A stretch of DNA of 64,000 bases. It comes from an uncultured Bacilli bacterium (lineage in GTDB: Bacteria > Bacillota_I > Bacilli_A > RFN20 > CAG-826). How positions within the stretch are numbered: position 1 is the first letter of the stretch; each line of letters starts with the position of its first letter. The stretch lies in assembly GCA_944368975.1 (NCBI GenBank), contig CALVXI010000001.1, forward strand, positions 34,260 to 98,259. Direction: 5' to 3'. The position numbers were made by a program, and so were the translations under genes. Under the pieces are notes generated by a model. The model was not told the DNA's origin. It was given only the letters and a program-made list of their open reading frames with translations, and did not search any database. Positions 43,774 to 54,014 of the stretch are shown in pieces.

Positions 43774-44332
43774 TTGTTGTTTCTCCATTAATAACTTTAT
43801 TTTTTAAAGAATTCTTAATATTTTCTAAAGAGGAATTAATCGAATATTCATAAATATTTTCATTTATCATAACTCTAATTCCACAAATAAGAGAACTTTC
43901 AATTTTTTCATCGAGAATGACTTTTTTATTGTATATTTTAGAAAATTTTTCTTCTAAAATTTTATGTTGATCTTTTGATAAATTAAAAGGAGTATAAATT
44001 ATACCTTCAATAATATTTAAGTGTTCGTTTGCTAAAAAGTTAAATCTATCAACAATATAATCTATATTATTTATTAATCCTTTATTAACGATAAGTTTGA
44101 TACATAAAATTATTTCATTTATAAATATATCTTTAAATGAGTTATCAATAACTTCGTCTTTTTTAGCAACATCAATAAAAGGCGATTTTAAAAAAGCCTG
44201 CAAATCCTTATTATTTTTTAAAGTAAATGCAAAAAACTTAAATTCTTCTTGATAAATTTGAATCAAATTATTGTTTGTTGCACTTAAATAAAAACCTTCA
44301 ACAACCTTATCTAAAATCGTTTCCTTTGTCAT
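43766..44332 (-). CDS. atpH: F1Fo ATP synthase subunit delta
   Basis: Position between atpF and atpA. Length 188 aa. Confidence 0.65.
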   Translation of the reverse strand: MTKETILDKVVEGFYLSATNNNLIQIYQEEFKFFAFTLKNNKDLQAFLKSPFIDVAKKDEVIDNSFKDIFINEIILCIKLIVNKGLINNIDYIVDRFNFLANEHLNIIEGIIYTPFNLSKDQHKILEEKFSKIYNKKVILDEKIESSLICGIRVMINENIYEYSINSSLENIKNSLKNKVINGETTNG

Positions 44333-44334
44333 AG

Positions 44335-44925
44335 TTATTTATCTAATTCCTTAATAAAATCATCAACAAATTTTTTGTGATCCTCAAGCTTAACCTCACG
44401 CTTAAGTATTTCTTTACTAGTATCAATAGCACTTTCAATGATTTGATTTTGAGCTTCTTTAAGCATTTTTTCTCTTTCCGCTTCAATGTCTTTGTGGGCT
44501 TGATTTTTTTGATTCTCAATAGTAACTTGTAATTCTTTTTGAGCTCTACTTAAGTTATACTCTGCAGTCATTTGCGCATCTTGAATAATATCTACAGCTT
44601 TCTTTTGACTTTCTAATATAACTTCTTGAGATCTTTTAATGTTTTCATCAGCCTTTTTATTTTTATCAATTGAATCTTCAATATTTTTATTAATAAAATC
44701 TTGTCTTTGTTTCAATTTCTTTTTTAAAGGTTTGTAAGCTAAAAGAATAAAAATAACAACAGTTACAATAAAAAGAAGTAGCTGCATTAATGTTACATAC
44801 AAGTTTGGCAACATATTATTAACTGTTGTTTCAATTCTCTCTGCTATTTTTTCATTGTCACAACCAGTTAATAAAGTTAATGTTCCTATTGATAAAAATG
44901 AAAATAAGATATTTTTCTTTTTCAT
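44335..44925 (-). CDS. atpF: F1Fo ATP synthase subunit b, lipoprotein-type
   Basis: 'MKKKNILFSFLSIGTLTLLTGCDNE' lipobox, then a TM segment and a long charged coiled coil. GAAGG RBS. Start moved to MKKKN. Confidence 0.7.
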   Translation of the reverse strand: MKKKNILFSFLSIGTLTLLTGCDNEKIAERIETTVNNMLPNLYVTLMQLLLFIVTVVIFILLAYKPLKKKLKQRQDFINKNIEDSIDKNKKADENIKRSQEVILESQKKAVDIIQDAQMTAEYNLSRAQKELQVTIENQKNQAHKDIEAEREKMLKEAQNQIIESAIDTSKEILKREVKLEDHKKFVDDFIKELDK

Positions 44926-44944
44926 TTTTGTTAACCTTCTTAAA

Positions 44945-45157
44945 TTAAATAACAAAGGCCATTAAAATTGCGACAACTAAGATATAAATTGCACAAGATT
45001 CGATAAGCGCTACACCAACAATCATTGTTGATCTAACATCTTTTGCACTTGATGGATTTCTACCAATAGCTTCCATTGCTTTACTTACCGCCCATCCTTC
45101 ACCAATAGCAGCTAGTCCAAGAGCAATACAAGCAATACCTAAACCAATAAAATTCAT
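44945..45157 (-). CDS. atpE: F1Fo ATP synthase subunit c
   Basis: 70-aa two-helix hairpin with a conserved carboxylate in 'LIESCAIYILV'. Confidence 0.85.
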   Translation of the reverse strand: MNFIGLGIACIALGLAAIGEGWAVSKAMEAIGRNPSSAKDVRSTMIVGVALIESCAIYILVVAILMAFVI

Positions 45158-45181
45158 ATATAGTACCTCCCCAATAAAAAC

Positions 45182-46027
45182 TTATTTTGCCTTTTTTAAA
45201 GCGAGTTTTTGCTTTCTCTTTTCTATTTTTTCATGGCGCAATGCCATTTTTTCTTGCTTTTCAAGTTCTAAATCTTCTTTAGAAATGTATTCACTTGAAA
45301 TATTAATCATTGTTAACATACAGAAAACCGCTAATTGAATTAATCCATCAAAGACATCAAAAAATAAATGTGCAAATGGTGCAATAAATGGTGTTATGGC
45401 TAAACCAGCATAATTTCCAAGAGGTGGAATAATTGTGCCAAAGCCAATATAAATAATTGTAATTATACAATAGCCTGCTAAAGCATTACCAAATAAACGC
45501 AAAGTAAGTGATAATAAACTAGACCACATCGAAATTAAATTAACAGGTAAAAATAAGAAAACAGGCTCGACATAGCGTTTGAAATAGCCTAATTTTTTAT
45601 ATTTCATTGCAGTAAAATGAGTAAGACAGAAAGTAACTAAAGCAATTGATAAAGGCATTGCCATATTAGTAAAAGAGTTTGGTAATGCTTCTAGATACCA
45701 TGAAGCTTCTGGTTGAAAGAAATTAGGTATTCCAATCATACCGATTAAAAAGCTTAAAAATATATAAGCGCCAACACAAACAATATATCCACCAAAGCCT
45801 TTAAATGGCTCACCCATTAGTTCAATTACTTGTCTATCAGCATAATTTACAATTTCTTCAACTGCTGTTAAGAAAGTGCTAGGTTTTGTTAATGGATCAT
45901 ATTTTTTTAATTTAAAGTGAATGATTAAAGCAAAGATTATGATAATAATCATTGCAAGTACACTTGAAATAAATTCAGGAGGTAATGAATTCCAAGTAGG
46001 GAATTTGATCATCTTACTAAAATCCAT
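45182..46027 (-). CDS. atpB: F1Fo ATP synthase subunit a
   Basis: Conserved Arg helix 'SLTLRLFGNALAGY'. Confidence 0.85.
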   Translation of the reverse strand: MDFSKMIKFPTWNSLPPEFISSVLAMIIIIIFALIIHFKLKKYDPLTKPSTFLTAVEEIVNYADRQVIELMGEPFKGFGGYIVCVGAYIFLSFLIGMIGIPNFFQPEASWYLEALPNSFTNMAMPLSIALVTFCLTHFTAMKYKKLGYFKRYVEPVFLFLPVNLISMWSSLLSLTLRLFGNALAGYCIITIIYIGFGTIIPPLGNYAGLAITPFIAPFAHLFFDVFDGLIQLAVFCMLTMINISSEYISKEDLELEKQEKMALRHEKIEKRKQKLALKKAK

Positions 46028-46028
46028 A

Positions 46029-46415
46029 TTATTTAATTACAACTCCTAAAACGTAACTTAAAGTCATTAGTATAACTGGTACTAATATATATAAAATAGA
46101 AGGCATAGTTGTTTTGTTTGTAAAATATAGAAAAATAAACGATAAAACTAAACTTAATAAAATACTTATAAATCTTAAAATAACAGAAATTAAGAAGGTT
46201 TTAGAGGCTTTTTGTTTATTTTCAAAGTGTTTATTTAAATAATAAAATGAATAATAAATTAATATTGAAAAAGGCAAATTCATAAAGAAAAGAACTAAGA
46301 AACTATAGTCATAGGTTATACATAATAAAGTAATTCCTATAGCTGATCCGAGAATTAATATAGCTATTAAGATGATTAGTAATAATTTAATTTTCGATAA
46401 ACTTTTCTTTTCCAT
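46029..46415 (-). CDS. small membrane protein at the head of the atp operon (AtpI-like)
   Basis: 128 aa with four hydrophobic helices. First gene of the operon. Confidence 0.4.
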   Translation of the reverse strand: MEKKSLSKIKLLLIILIAILILGSAIGITLLCITYDYSFLVLFFMNLPFSILIYYSFYYLNKHFENKQKASKTFLISVILRFISILLSLVLSFIFLYFTNKTTMPSILYILVPVILMTLSYVLGVVIK

Positions 46416-46593
46416 TTTCCTTTCCTTAACGTCTATATTTAAGTCTTATAAAATTGAGTTGTCAATCTTTTTTGTTTTGGATGAATTTTAAACATATCTT
46501 AATATTATTATAATAAATTAAGATATAAAATTCTTAATCATTTTTCTTTTTAAATTTATATTTATAGTTATAATAATTTTTGGAGGTGAAATT

Positions 46594-47964
46594 ATGTATA
46601 GAAAAAATGCTTGGGAAAAATATGAAGGAAAATCTTTAAAAGATTTAATGGACTTCAATGAACAATATAAAGACTTCTTAACTTTTGGTAAAACTGAAAG
46701 ATTATGCGTCGAAGAATCACTTAAAATTGCTACTGAAAAAGGATTTAAACCTTTAGAAAGTGCTAAGTCAATTAAACCAGGGGATAAACTTTATTCAATA
46801 AACCGTAATAAAAATATTGTTTTATATGTTATCGGTAAAGAAGACATAGAAAAAGGTTTAAATATTTTAGGTGCTCATATTGATTCACCTAGAACAGATT
46901 TAAAACAAAATCCACTTTATGAAAAAGATGGTTTTGCTTTACTTGACACTCATTATTATGGTGGTGTTAAAAAGTATCAATGGGTAACCATCCCTTTAAG
47001 TTTACATGGTGTTATTTGCAAAAAAGATGGAACAACTGTTGAAGTTCACATTGGCGATAATGAGAATGATCCAGTATTTTGTATAACTGATTTATTAATC
47101 CATCTTAGTGGCGATCAATTAACTAAAACTGCTAGTAAAGTTATTGAAGGTGAAGATTTAGATGTAACTATAGGAAGTATTCCATTAAAAGGTGAAGATA
47201 AAGATGCAGTTAAGAAAAATATCTTAAAAATTTTAAAAGAAACTTATGATATTGAAGAAGAAGATTTCTTAAGTGCTGAAATCGAAGTCGTTCCTAGTGG
47301 AAAAGCTCGTGATTTAGGTTTTGATAGAAGTATGGTTGCAAGTTATGGACAAGATGATCGAGTTTGTGCTTATACTTCTTTAAGAGCAATAGTTGATTTA
47401 GATGAAATTCCTGAAAGAACAAGCTGTTGTATTTTAGTTGATAAAGAAGAAATCGGATCAGTTGGTGCTACAGGAGCACAATCACAATATTTTGTTAATA
47501 CAATCGCTACTTTACTTGAACTTAGCGGAAAAACTAGTGATTTTGCATTAAGAAGAACTTTAACAAATTCAAATATGCTTTCTAGTGATGTTAGTGCAGG
47601 AGTTGATCCACTTTATTCAAGTGTTTGTGAACCTAAAAATAGTTGTTATTTAGGAAGCGGAATTGTTTTTAATAAATATACTGGAAGCCGTGGGAAAGGT
47701 GGATGTAATGATGCAATGCCTGAATTTATTGCTAAATTAAGGAAAATTCTAGATGAAGCAAATATTAATTATCAAACTGCTGAATTAGGAAAAGTTGATC
47801 AAGGTGGCGGTGGAACAATCGCTTATATTTTAGCTAACTTAAATATGAATGTAATTGATGCTGGAGTTGGTGTTTTAAATATGCATGCTCCTATGGAAAT
47901 TACATCTAAAGTTGATGTTTATGAGGCATATAAAGCCTATAAAGTTTTCCTTTTAAAAGCATAA
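46594..47964 (+). CDS. M18-family (aspartyl) aminopeptidase
   Basis: 'GAHIDSP' and 'HAPME' metal-ligand motifs. Length 456 aa. RBS GGAGGTG. Confidence 0.65.
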   Translation: MYRKNAWEKYEGKSLKDLMDFNEQYKDFLTFGKTERLCVEESLKIATEKGFKPLESAKSIKPGDKLYSINRNKNIVLYVIGKEDIEKGLNILGAHIDSPRTDLKQNPLYEKDGFALLDTHYYGGVKKYQWVTIPLSLHGVICKKDGTTVEVHIGDNENDPVFCITDLLIHLSGDQLTKTASKVIEGEDLDVTIGSIPLKGEDKDAVKKNILKILKETYDIEEEDFLSAEIEVVPSGKARDLGFDRSMVASYGQDDRVCAYTSLRAIVDLDEIPERTSCCILVDKEEIGSVGATGAQSQYFVNTIATLLELSGKTSDFALRRTLTNSNMLSSDVSAGVDPLYSSVCEPKNSCYLGSGIVFNKYTGSRGKGGCNDAMPEFIAKLRKILDEANINYQTAELGKVDQGGGGTIAYILANLNMNVIDAGVGVLNMHAPMEITSKVDVYEAYKAYKVFLLKA

Positions 47965-47998
47965 AAATCTTTTAGATTTGCTGGGTTTTTAAAATTTT

Positions 47999-48023
47999 GA
48001 GTGACAATTTGTCACTCTTTTTT
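47999..48023 (+). terminator. rho-independent terminator after aminopeptidase gene
   Basis: Perfect 9-1-9 hairpin GAGTGACAA-T-TTGTCACTC followed by TTTTTT. Confidence 0.7.
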
Positions 48024-48088
48024 ATGTTTTAAAAAATTTATAAATCATATTAATTTATTTAAGATTTTAATTTGATATAATTATTCAT

Positions 48089-48619
48089 ATGAAGAATTTA
48101 ATTATTTATAAATCAAATACCGGTTTTACAAAGTCTTATGCAGAAATGCTCTCAAGAAGAGTTGTACCAAATGAAATTATAGAATTAAAGCATTTAAGAC
48201 TTAAAGATTTAAAAGAGGCTGATAATATCTTTTTTGGCGGGCCTTTAAGAAATAATGTTATTGAAGGACTTAATAAGTTTTTAAAACATTATGATTTAAT
48301 CTCTAATAAAAATATTTTTATATTTGCTACAGGAATTGAACCAATTACAGATGAAAAGAAAGAAAATGTTATTTTTGCTAATGGGCTTGATTTGTATCAT
48401 GTACGTTTATATCTTCTTCCTGGTGGAATGGATGTTTCTAAAATGAGTGCAATTAAAAGAAAACTTTTTAAAATTGCTATGAAACAAGCAAGTAAAAAGC
48501 AAGGAATAAGTGAAGACTTAATAAATCAAAGGTTTTCAACACCAATTGATTTAACTAATTCAAGTAATTTAGATAAAATGGTCGATGTTTATCATAGAGT
48601 GATGATTAAAAAGGATTAA
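48089..48619 (+). CDS. flavodoxin-like protein
   Basis: 'IIYKSNTGFTKSYAE' matches the flavodoxin FMN-phosphate loop S/TxTGxT. Confidence 0.5.
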   Translation: MKNLIIYKSNTGFTKSYAEMLSRRVVPNEIIELKHLRLKDLKEADNIFFGGPLRNNVIEGLNKFLKHYDLISNKNIFIFATGIEPITDEKKENVIFANGLDLYHVRLYLLPGGMDVSKMSAIKRKLFKIAMKQASKKQGISEDLINQRFSTPIDLTNSSNLDKMVDVYHRVMIKKD

Positions 48620-48626
48620 TTAAATT

Positions 48627-50852
48627 ATGGAAAAGTTATTTTCTTGTTCCAATATGCATTGTGCAGCTTGTAAAGGAAATATCGAAAGAGCTCTTAATAA
48701 ATTAAATGGTGTTATTAAATGCGAAGCTAATCCAATTACTTCTAGTGTAAAAGTTGAAGTTAATAAAAATGTCACTGACGAAGATATTATAAATACATGT
48801 AAAGAAGCAGGATATGATTTAATTAAAATTGATGATGATAGTGAGCTATTATTAAAAAAAGATAATAGTAAATTTTTATTAATAAGAATAATAATCGGTT
48901 TAATATTATTAGTTCCATTAATATATTTAGGTATGGGTGTAATGTACCCAGATGCAATTCCTAATTTTTTAAAAGATCCAATTTATGTTAATGAATATAT
49001 TCAACTTGGTTTAACGCTAATTATTATAGGTTTATTCTTTAATTATTATAAAGATGGCTTTAAGGCTTTAATTAAGTTATCACCTAATATGGATTCTTTA
49101 GTCTTTTTAGGAAGTATATTTTCTTTAATTTATAGTATTTATTTAATAATTACTCATACAATTAATACTACAATTAGTTATGAACACACTCATTTATATT
49201 TAGATAGTGCTGCAATGATATTAGTAATCGTTAGTATTGGAAAATATATAGAATTATTAAGTAAAAGAAAGGCTAAAAATACGATAAGTGAGTTATTAAA
49301 ATTAAGACCAAAAATGGCTCATTTAGTTAAAAGTGGATCAATTATTGATATTGAAACAAAATTTTTAAAACTTAAAGATATTATTTTAGTTAAACCTGGA
49401 GAAGTAATTCCTAGTGATGGACTTGTTATTAGCGGAGTTAGTAGTGTTGATGAAAGCTTAATTAGTGGAGAAAGTTTACCAATAATTAAAAAAGAAGATA
49501 ATGAAGTAATTGGCGGTTCGATAAACGGAGAAGGTTCATTACAAATATTAATTACTAAAGAAAAGAAAGATAGTATTTTAAGTAAAATTATATCTTTAGT
49601 AATGGAAGCTAGTAATATGGATAGTAAACTTACTAGAAAGATAGATGTCGTAAGTCGATATTTTACTCCAATTATTTTAGCGTTAAGTCTTTTAACTTTT
49701 ATTTTATGGATATCGATTTCACCAGCTCATAGTTTTGATGAAGCTTTTAGATATGGAGTTGGAGTAATGGTTATTAGTTGTCCTTGTGCTTTAGGACTTG
49801 CTACACCAATTTCATTACTCGTAGGATCTTCAGTATTTGCTAAAAATGGAGTTCTGGTAAATAAAAGCGAAGCTATAGAAGTTCTTAAAGATGTTGATAC
49901 TTTAATTTTAGATAAAACTAATACAATTACTAAAGGTGAATTAGAAGTTGAAAAAGCAAATATTTTAGTAAAAACCCCGCAAATCCTTGATGAAATTTAT
50001 ACTTTAGAAAAATATTCTAGTCATCCGTTAGCAAAAGGCATAGTGAATTATTTATCGAAAAATAAGATTAGTGATAATTTTATTTCGACAAGCATTGAAC
50101 CTGGGAAAGGGGTTTATGGGCATTTTAAAGATAATACAATTTATATCGGAAATTTAAATTATTTAAAAGATTATCATAAAGATATTGATAATGAATTATT
50201 AAAAGAAATAAACGATGGAATTGATGAGGGACTATTACCTTTAATTGCTTTTTCAAAAGATGAAATTTTTGCTATTTTTTATTTAAAAGATCACTTAAAA
50301 GATAATGCTAAAGACTTTATTAATGAAGCGTATAAATATTTCAAAAACATAATTTTATTAACGGGTGATAATAAGATTATTGCTAATAAAATTGCAGAAG
50401 AAGTTGGTATAAAAGATGTAATAAGTGAAGTTTTACCAATGGATAAAGACAATGTAATTCAAAAGCTTCAAAAAGAAGGACATAAAGTTGTGATGGTTGG
50501 CGATGGAGTTAATGATTCAATTGCTTTAAATAGAGCTGAAGTTGGAATTGGTATTGCTAAAGGTAGTGATATTGCTCTCAGTAGTAGTGATTTTATTTTA
50601 ATGCGAAGCGACTTAATGGATATTATAAATATTATTAAAATTTCTAAAAAAATTAGATTTAATATTACAACAAATTTATTCTGGGCTTTTATCTATAATA
50701 TTATATTTATTCCGATTGCTGCAGGTTGTTTTTCAATGTTTGGCGTAGTTCTTGAACCAATGTATTGTTCAATGCTTATGGCTTTAAGTAGCGTAACTGT
50801 TTGCTTAAATGCTTTAACACTTTTTCTTATTACAAAAAGAAATAATAAATAG
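48627..50852 (+). CDS. copA: copper-translocating P1B-type ATPase (CopA-like) with N-terminal HMA domain
   Basis: HMA 'CSNMHCAACKGNIE'. 'SCPCALGLATP'. Phosphorylation motif reads 'DKTNTIT'. 'GDGVNDS'. Confidence 0.85.
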   Translation: MEKLFSCSNMHCAACKGNIERALNKLNGVIKCEANPITSSVKVEVNKNVTDEDIINTCKEAGYDLIKIDDDSELLLKKDNSKFLLIRIIIGLILLVPLIYLGMGVMYPDAIPNFLKDPIYVNEYIQLGLTLIIIGLFFNYYKDGFKALIKLSPNMDSLVFLGSIFSLIYSIYLIITHTINTTISYEHTHLYLDSAAMILVIVSIGKYIELLSKRKAKNTISELLKLRPKMAHLVKSGSIIDIETKFLKLKDIILVKPGEVIPSDGLVISGVSSVDESLISGESLPIIKKEDNEVIGGSINGEGSLQILITKEKKDSILSKIISLVMEASNMDSKLTRKIDVVSRYFTPIILALSLLTFILWISISPAHSFDEAFRYGVGVMVISCPCALGLATPISLLVGSSVFAKNGVLVNKSEAIEVLKDVDTLILDKTNTITKGELEVEKANILVKTPQILDEIYTLEKYSSHPLAKGIVNYLSKNKISDNFISTSIEPGKGVYGHFKDNTIYIGNLNYLKDYHKDIDNELLKEINDGIDEGLLPLIAFSKDEIFAIFYLKDHLKDNAKDFINEAYKYFKNIILLTGDNKIIANKIAEEVGIKDVISEVLPMDKDNVIQKLQKEGHKVVMVGDGVNDSIALNRAEVGIGIAKGSDIALSSSDFILMRSDLMDIINIIKISKKIRFNITTNLFWAFIYNIIFIPIAAGCFSMFGVVLEPMYCSMLMALSSVTVCLNALTLFLITKRNNK

Positions 50853-50886
50853 ATTTTAATAAGTCAATGATATATCATTTATAAGC

Positions 50887-51345
50887 ATGGAAAAGGATGG
50901 AATTAAAGTTTTAGTAACTAACCGAAAAGCTCACTTTAATTATTTCTTAAGTGATTTTTTAGAATGCGGTATTTCATTAATGGGTACTGAAATTAAATCT
51001 ATTCGAAATCATGGTGCGAATATTAATGATGCTTATGTAATTATTCGTAATAATGAAGCTTTTATTGTAAATATGAATATTGCAATTTATGAAAAAGGAA
51101 CAATTTATAATCATGATCCTTTAAGAAGTAGAAAACTATTATTACATAAATATCAAATTTTAAAATTAAATCAAAAAATCGAAAAAGATGGTTATACACT
51201 TATTCCAACCAAGCTTTATTTAAAAAAGGGACGTTGTAAGGTTGAAATTGCTTTAGGTAAAGGTAAGAAACTTTTTGATAAAAGAGAAACTATTAAAAAA
51301 AGAGATGATGAAAGAAATATTGCTAAAGTCTTAAAAAGGGATTAA
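50887..51345 (+). CDS. smpB: SsrA-binding protein
   Basis: 'KVLVTNRKAHFNYFL' and C-terminal basic tail. Length 152 aa. Confidence 0.9.
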   Translation: MEKDGIKVLVTNRKAHFNYFLSDFLECGISLMGTEIKSIRNHGANINDAYVIIRNNEAFIVNMNIAIYEKGTIYNHDPLRSRKLLLHKYQILKLNQKIEKDGYTLIPTKLYLKKGRCKVEIALGKGKKLFDKRETIKKRDDERNIAKVLKRD

Positions 51346-51347
51346 TT

Positions 51348-52172
51348 ATGCGTAAACAAAGTTTAATATATAAAATATGCTTTAGCAGTTTATTTATTGC
51401 GTTAACGATTATTTTATCGAGGTTTTTTGCTTTGCCTGGATTATTTGGTTTTTCATTTTTAAAAATATCTTTAGCAAATAGTGTCGTAATGTTTTCTAGT
51501 TTTTATTTAGGACCTATTTGGGGATTAATTGTTGGAGGAGCAAGTGATGTTTTTGGAGCATTACTTTATCCTCAAGGAGGAGCATTTAATCCTCTTTATA
51601 CAATTCCTGCTTTATTTACTGGTTTATGTCCTTTTTTATTTTATAAATTATTAGAAATTATTAAAATAGATAAGAAATTTCCGATTACATTAACTTTTTT
51701 ATTATCGTTATTTAGTATTTTTATCTTAATTTTCTTTATTTTCAATGATTATGTTATTAGTGGAAGTAAAGTTTATAATTTTGATTTATGGATGAAAATA
51801 GTTTTTATTGTTCTTGGCTTTGGATTAAGTGCTTTATATATTGTGGCTGTCTTTATTATTAAATATAAGTTTAAAGATAAAAAAGTTAATCAAAATTATA
51901 ATATATATAATTTAGTTACATCGATGTTTTTGACTTATTTTATCGTAAAAATTCCTTTAGGAAGTTTGATTCAATCATTTTTACTTAATTATTCATTCTT
52001 ATTTATCTTTTTTATTAGAATATTAGCTGGATTTTTTAGTTGTATTGTTCATAGTATTATTGTTATTATTGCCTTAAATGTAAGTGGATTATTTAACATT
52101 AGAAGTGCAATAAATGAAGATAATTATTTTAGGGATTTATTTAAATGGAAAAAGAAAAACGTCGAAAAATAA
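51348..52172 (+). CDS. polytopic membrane protein, possibly an ECF-transporter S component with C-terminal extension
   Basis: Small-S-component-like N-terminal half, then three extra TM segments. ECF A/A'/T genes lie 4 kb away. Confidence 0.3.
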   Translation: MRKQSLIYKICFSSLFIALTIILSRFFALPGLFGFSFLKISLANSVVMFSSFYLGPIWGLIVGGASDVFGALLYPQGGAFNPLYTIPALFTGLCPFLFYKLLEIIKIDKKFPITLTFLLSLFSIFILIFFIFNDYVISGSKVYNFDLWMKIVFIVLGFGLSALYIVAVFIIKYKFKDKKVNQNYNIYNLVTSMFLTYFIVKIPLGSLIQSFLLNYSFLFIFFIRILAGFFSCIVHSIIVIIALNVSGLFNIRSAINEDNYFRDLFKWKKKNVEK

Positions 52173-52342
52173 CTAAGATTATTCTTTATATTTTGTTAGT
52201 AGCAGTAATAATATCAGCAATAGTTTTAATTATTATTGGTTTAATTCCAAATAATGGTGGAAATAATGGTGGCTATTGTGATAGCGATGAAGGTTGCACT
52301 GTTGGTAATTCTTTAATTAATTTAATAAATCTTTTAAATTAA
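52145..52342 (+). CDS. small signal-anchored Cys-containing peptide (speculative)
   Basis: Basic N-region, a 23-aa hydrophobic helix, then 'NNGGNNGGYCDSDEGCTVGNS'. Overlaps the preceding gene. Confidence 0.2.
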   Translation: MEKEKRRKITKIILYILLVAVIISAIVLIIIGLIPNNGGNNGGYCDSDEGCTVGNSLINLINLLN

Positions 52343-53138
52343 GATTATATACTTTTAAAGCGTTCTTATACATTAATTTATCATATTCTTGTTTAGTTAA
52401 TTTAATGGTGTTATTAAAATAATTCTCATAAATTGGATTATTTAAAGTCTCATAACCATCAATTGGATTATCAGTACCAAATAAAACTTTATCTAGTAAA
52501 TTTTCTTCTTTTAATTTACTTATAAAAGAAATATCTACCCGAGCAGTATCTACATATAAATTAGAAAGTGACTTTAAATAAGGAATTGTTAAAGAATTAT
52601 TACCATTTAAAATTGCATGTGCTGCTATAAATGTAACATCTTTATATTCCTTAGCAACATGTATTAAATATTTAAATAAACTATATTTATCTGTAGCAGT
52701 ATGAACTAAAACTGGTAATCGATATTTTTTTGCTAAATCTAAATATGGTTTAACTCTTGGATCACTAATACGTAGCCTACTTGTATATGGATGAAATTTT
52801 AAACCATAAATATTTTGACGATGTTTTATTAAAAAAGCCTCTAAATCTTCAATATTTTCTTCAGTATGAGGTCTAATCCAAATTAAAGGTAAAAGATTTT
52901 TGTGTTCTTTAGTTATTGCTAAAAGTTTTTTTGTAGCATTTAATTGTGGGATTAATTTATTGAATCTACCTTCTTCTTTAAATTCACTACCATCAAATGA
53001 AACAATAGAAAAACTAATATTATGATCATTCATTGATTCTAATAAATTCTTTTTTGCAATATTTAAACTAGGCCAATATCCTAAATGTGTATGTGAATCA
53101 ATAATTACTTGTTTGTAATTATTTCTTTTTTTCATCAA
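52317..53138 (-). CDS. metal-dependent amidohydrolase (TIM-barrel, amidohydrolase_2/TatD-like)
   Basis: 'IIDSHTHLGYWP' HxH metal site. Length 273 aa. Confidence 0.55.
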   Translation of the reverse strand: MMKKRNNYKQVIIDSHTHLGYWPSLNIAKKNLLESMNDHNISFSIVSFDGSEFKEEGRFNKLIPQLNATKKLLAITKEHKNLLPLIWIRPHTEENIEDLEAFLIKHRQNIYGLKFHPYTSRLRISDPRVKPYLDLAKKYRLPVLVHTATDKYSLFKYLIHVAKEYKDVTFIAAHAILNGNNSLTIPYLKSLSNLYVDTARVDISFISKLKEENLLDKVLFGTDNPIDGYETLNNPIYENYFNNTIKLTKQEYDKLMYKNALKVYNLNLKDLLN

Positions 53139-53937
53139 CGAAAATAACTTTTCCTTTTTTATTGTAGTTACTTACAATCTTATCACTAAATGCTTTGTTA
53201 GTATTTACAAATTGCACCATCTCTAATTGCTCATGATTTTGTGTTTGATAACCCATTGTGACATTATTTGTGCTTGGTCTAGTTTTAAAAGTTATCTTAA
53301 TAGGTTTTGAATTAAAGACGACATCTTGGATAATTTTATCTTTATCATAAAAATTACCATATTCATAAAGTATTTGTTCTTGTTTAGAAAGTTTACGAGC
53401 TTTTGCTTCTCGAAGTGTTCTAAAAATAAAACCTAAATATTTTAAAATGCTAAATAAAGCAAAAAGTAAAAATACATACATTAATAATGATGGAATGATT
53501 GTCATAGGATCGTTTAATGCTTCTGTAAATAAAGCATAATTAATTAATCTAGTCATATTTTCTTCAAATCGAGTGACAATATAATAACTTGAAGCACATA
53601 TAACATATAATAAGAAAGTATTAATTCCAACAAGGATGAAACTTAATAAAGGGAATGCCTTTCTTTTAAAAATACTAAATAAAAGTAATAGTAACATTAC
53701 TAATAGTCCAATTGCTGGAATTATTAAATAAATTAATGAATAAAGTGTAAAAGTTCCATTTATTAATTGATTAGGCCCATAAACAGTCATAAAAGGTATG
53801 TTTCCAAAAACAAAAAATCCCTCGTATCCAAAATATTTAGTTGTAATTGAATTTTCAGCAAATAAGCATAAAAGGACAAAAGTAATAAGAATAAGAATTA
53901 ATGTTGAAATAAATTTCGTAATAACTTTTCTTTTCAT
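53119..53937 (-). CDS. hypothetical membrane protein
   Basis: About five TM helices in the N-terminal 170 aa. Overlaps the downstream amidohydrolase. Confidence 0.35.
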   Translation of the reverse strand: MKRKVITKFISTLILILITFVLLCLFAENSITTKYFGYEGFFVFGNIPFMTVYGPNQLINGTFTLYSLIYLIIPAIGLLVMLLLLLFSIFKRKAFPLLSFILVGINTFLLYVICASSYYIVTRFEENMTRLINYALFTEALNDPMTIIPSLLMYVFLLFALFSILKYLGFIFRTLREAKARKLSKQEQILYEYGNFYDKDKIIQDVVFNSKPIKITFKTRPSTNNVTMGYQTQNHEQLEMVQFVNTNKAFSDKIVSNYNKKGKVIFVDEKKK

Positions 53938-54014
53938 ACTATAAGTATTTTAATTGAAAATTAAAAAATTTTCTATAATTATTATATATGTTTTAAGGAG
54001 ATTTTTGGGAAATT

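Noticed and set aside
47999-48023. GAGTGACAATTTGTCACTC palindrome as a CopY/metal-regulator box upstream of flavodoxin-copA
   Set aside because: The spacing does not fit TACAnnTGTA. It is followed directly by a T-run after a convergent gene end, so it is better explained as an intrinsic terminator.
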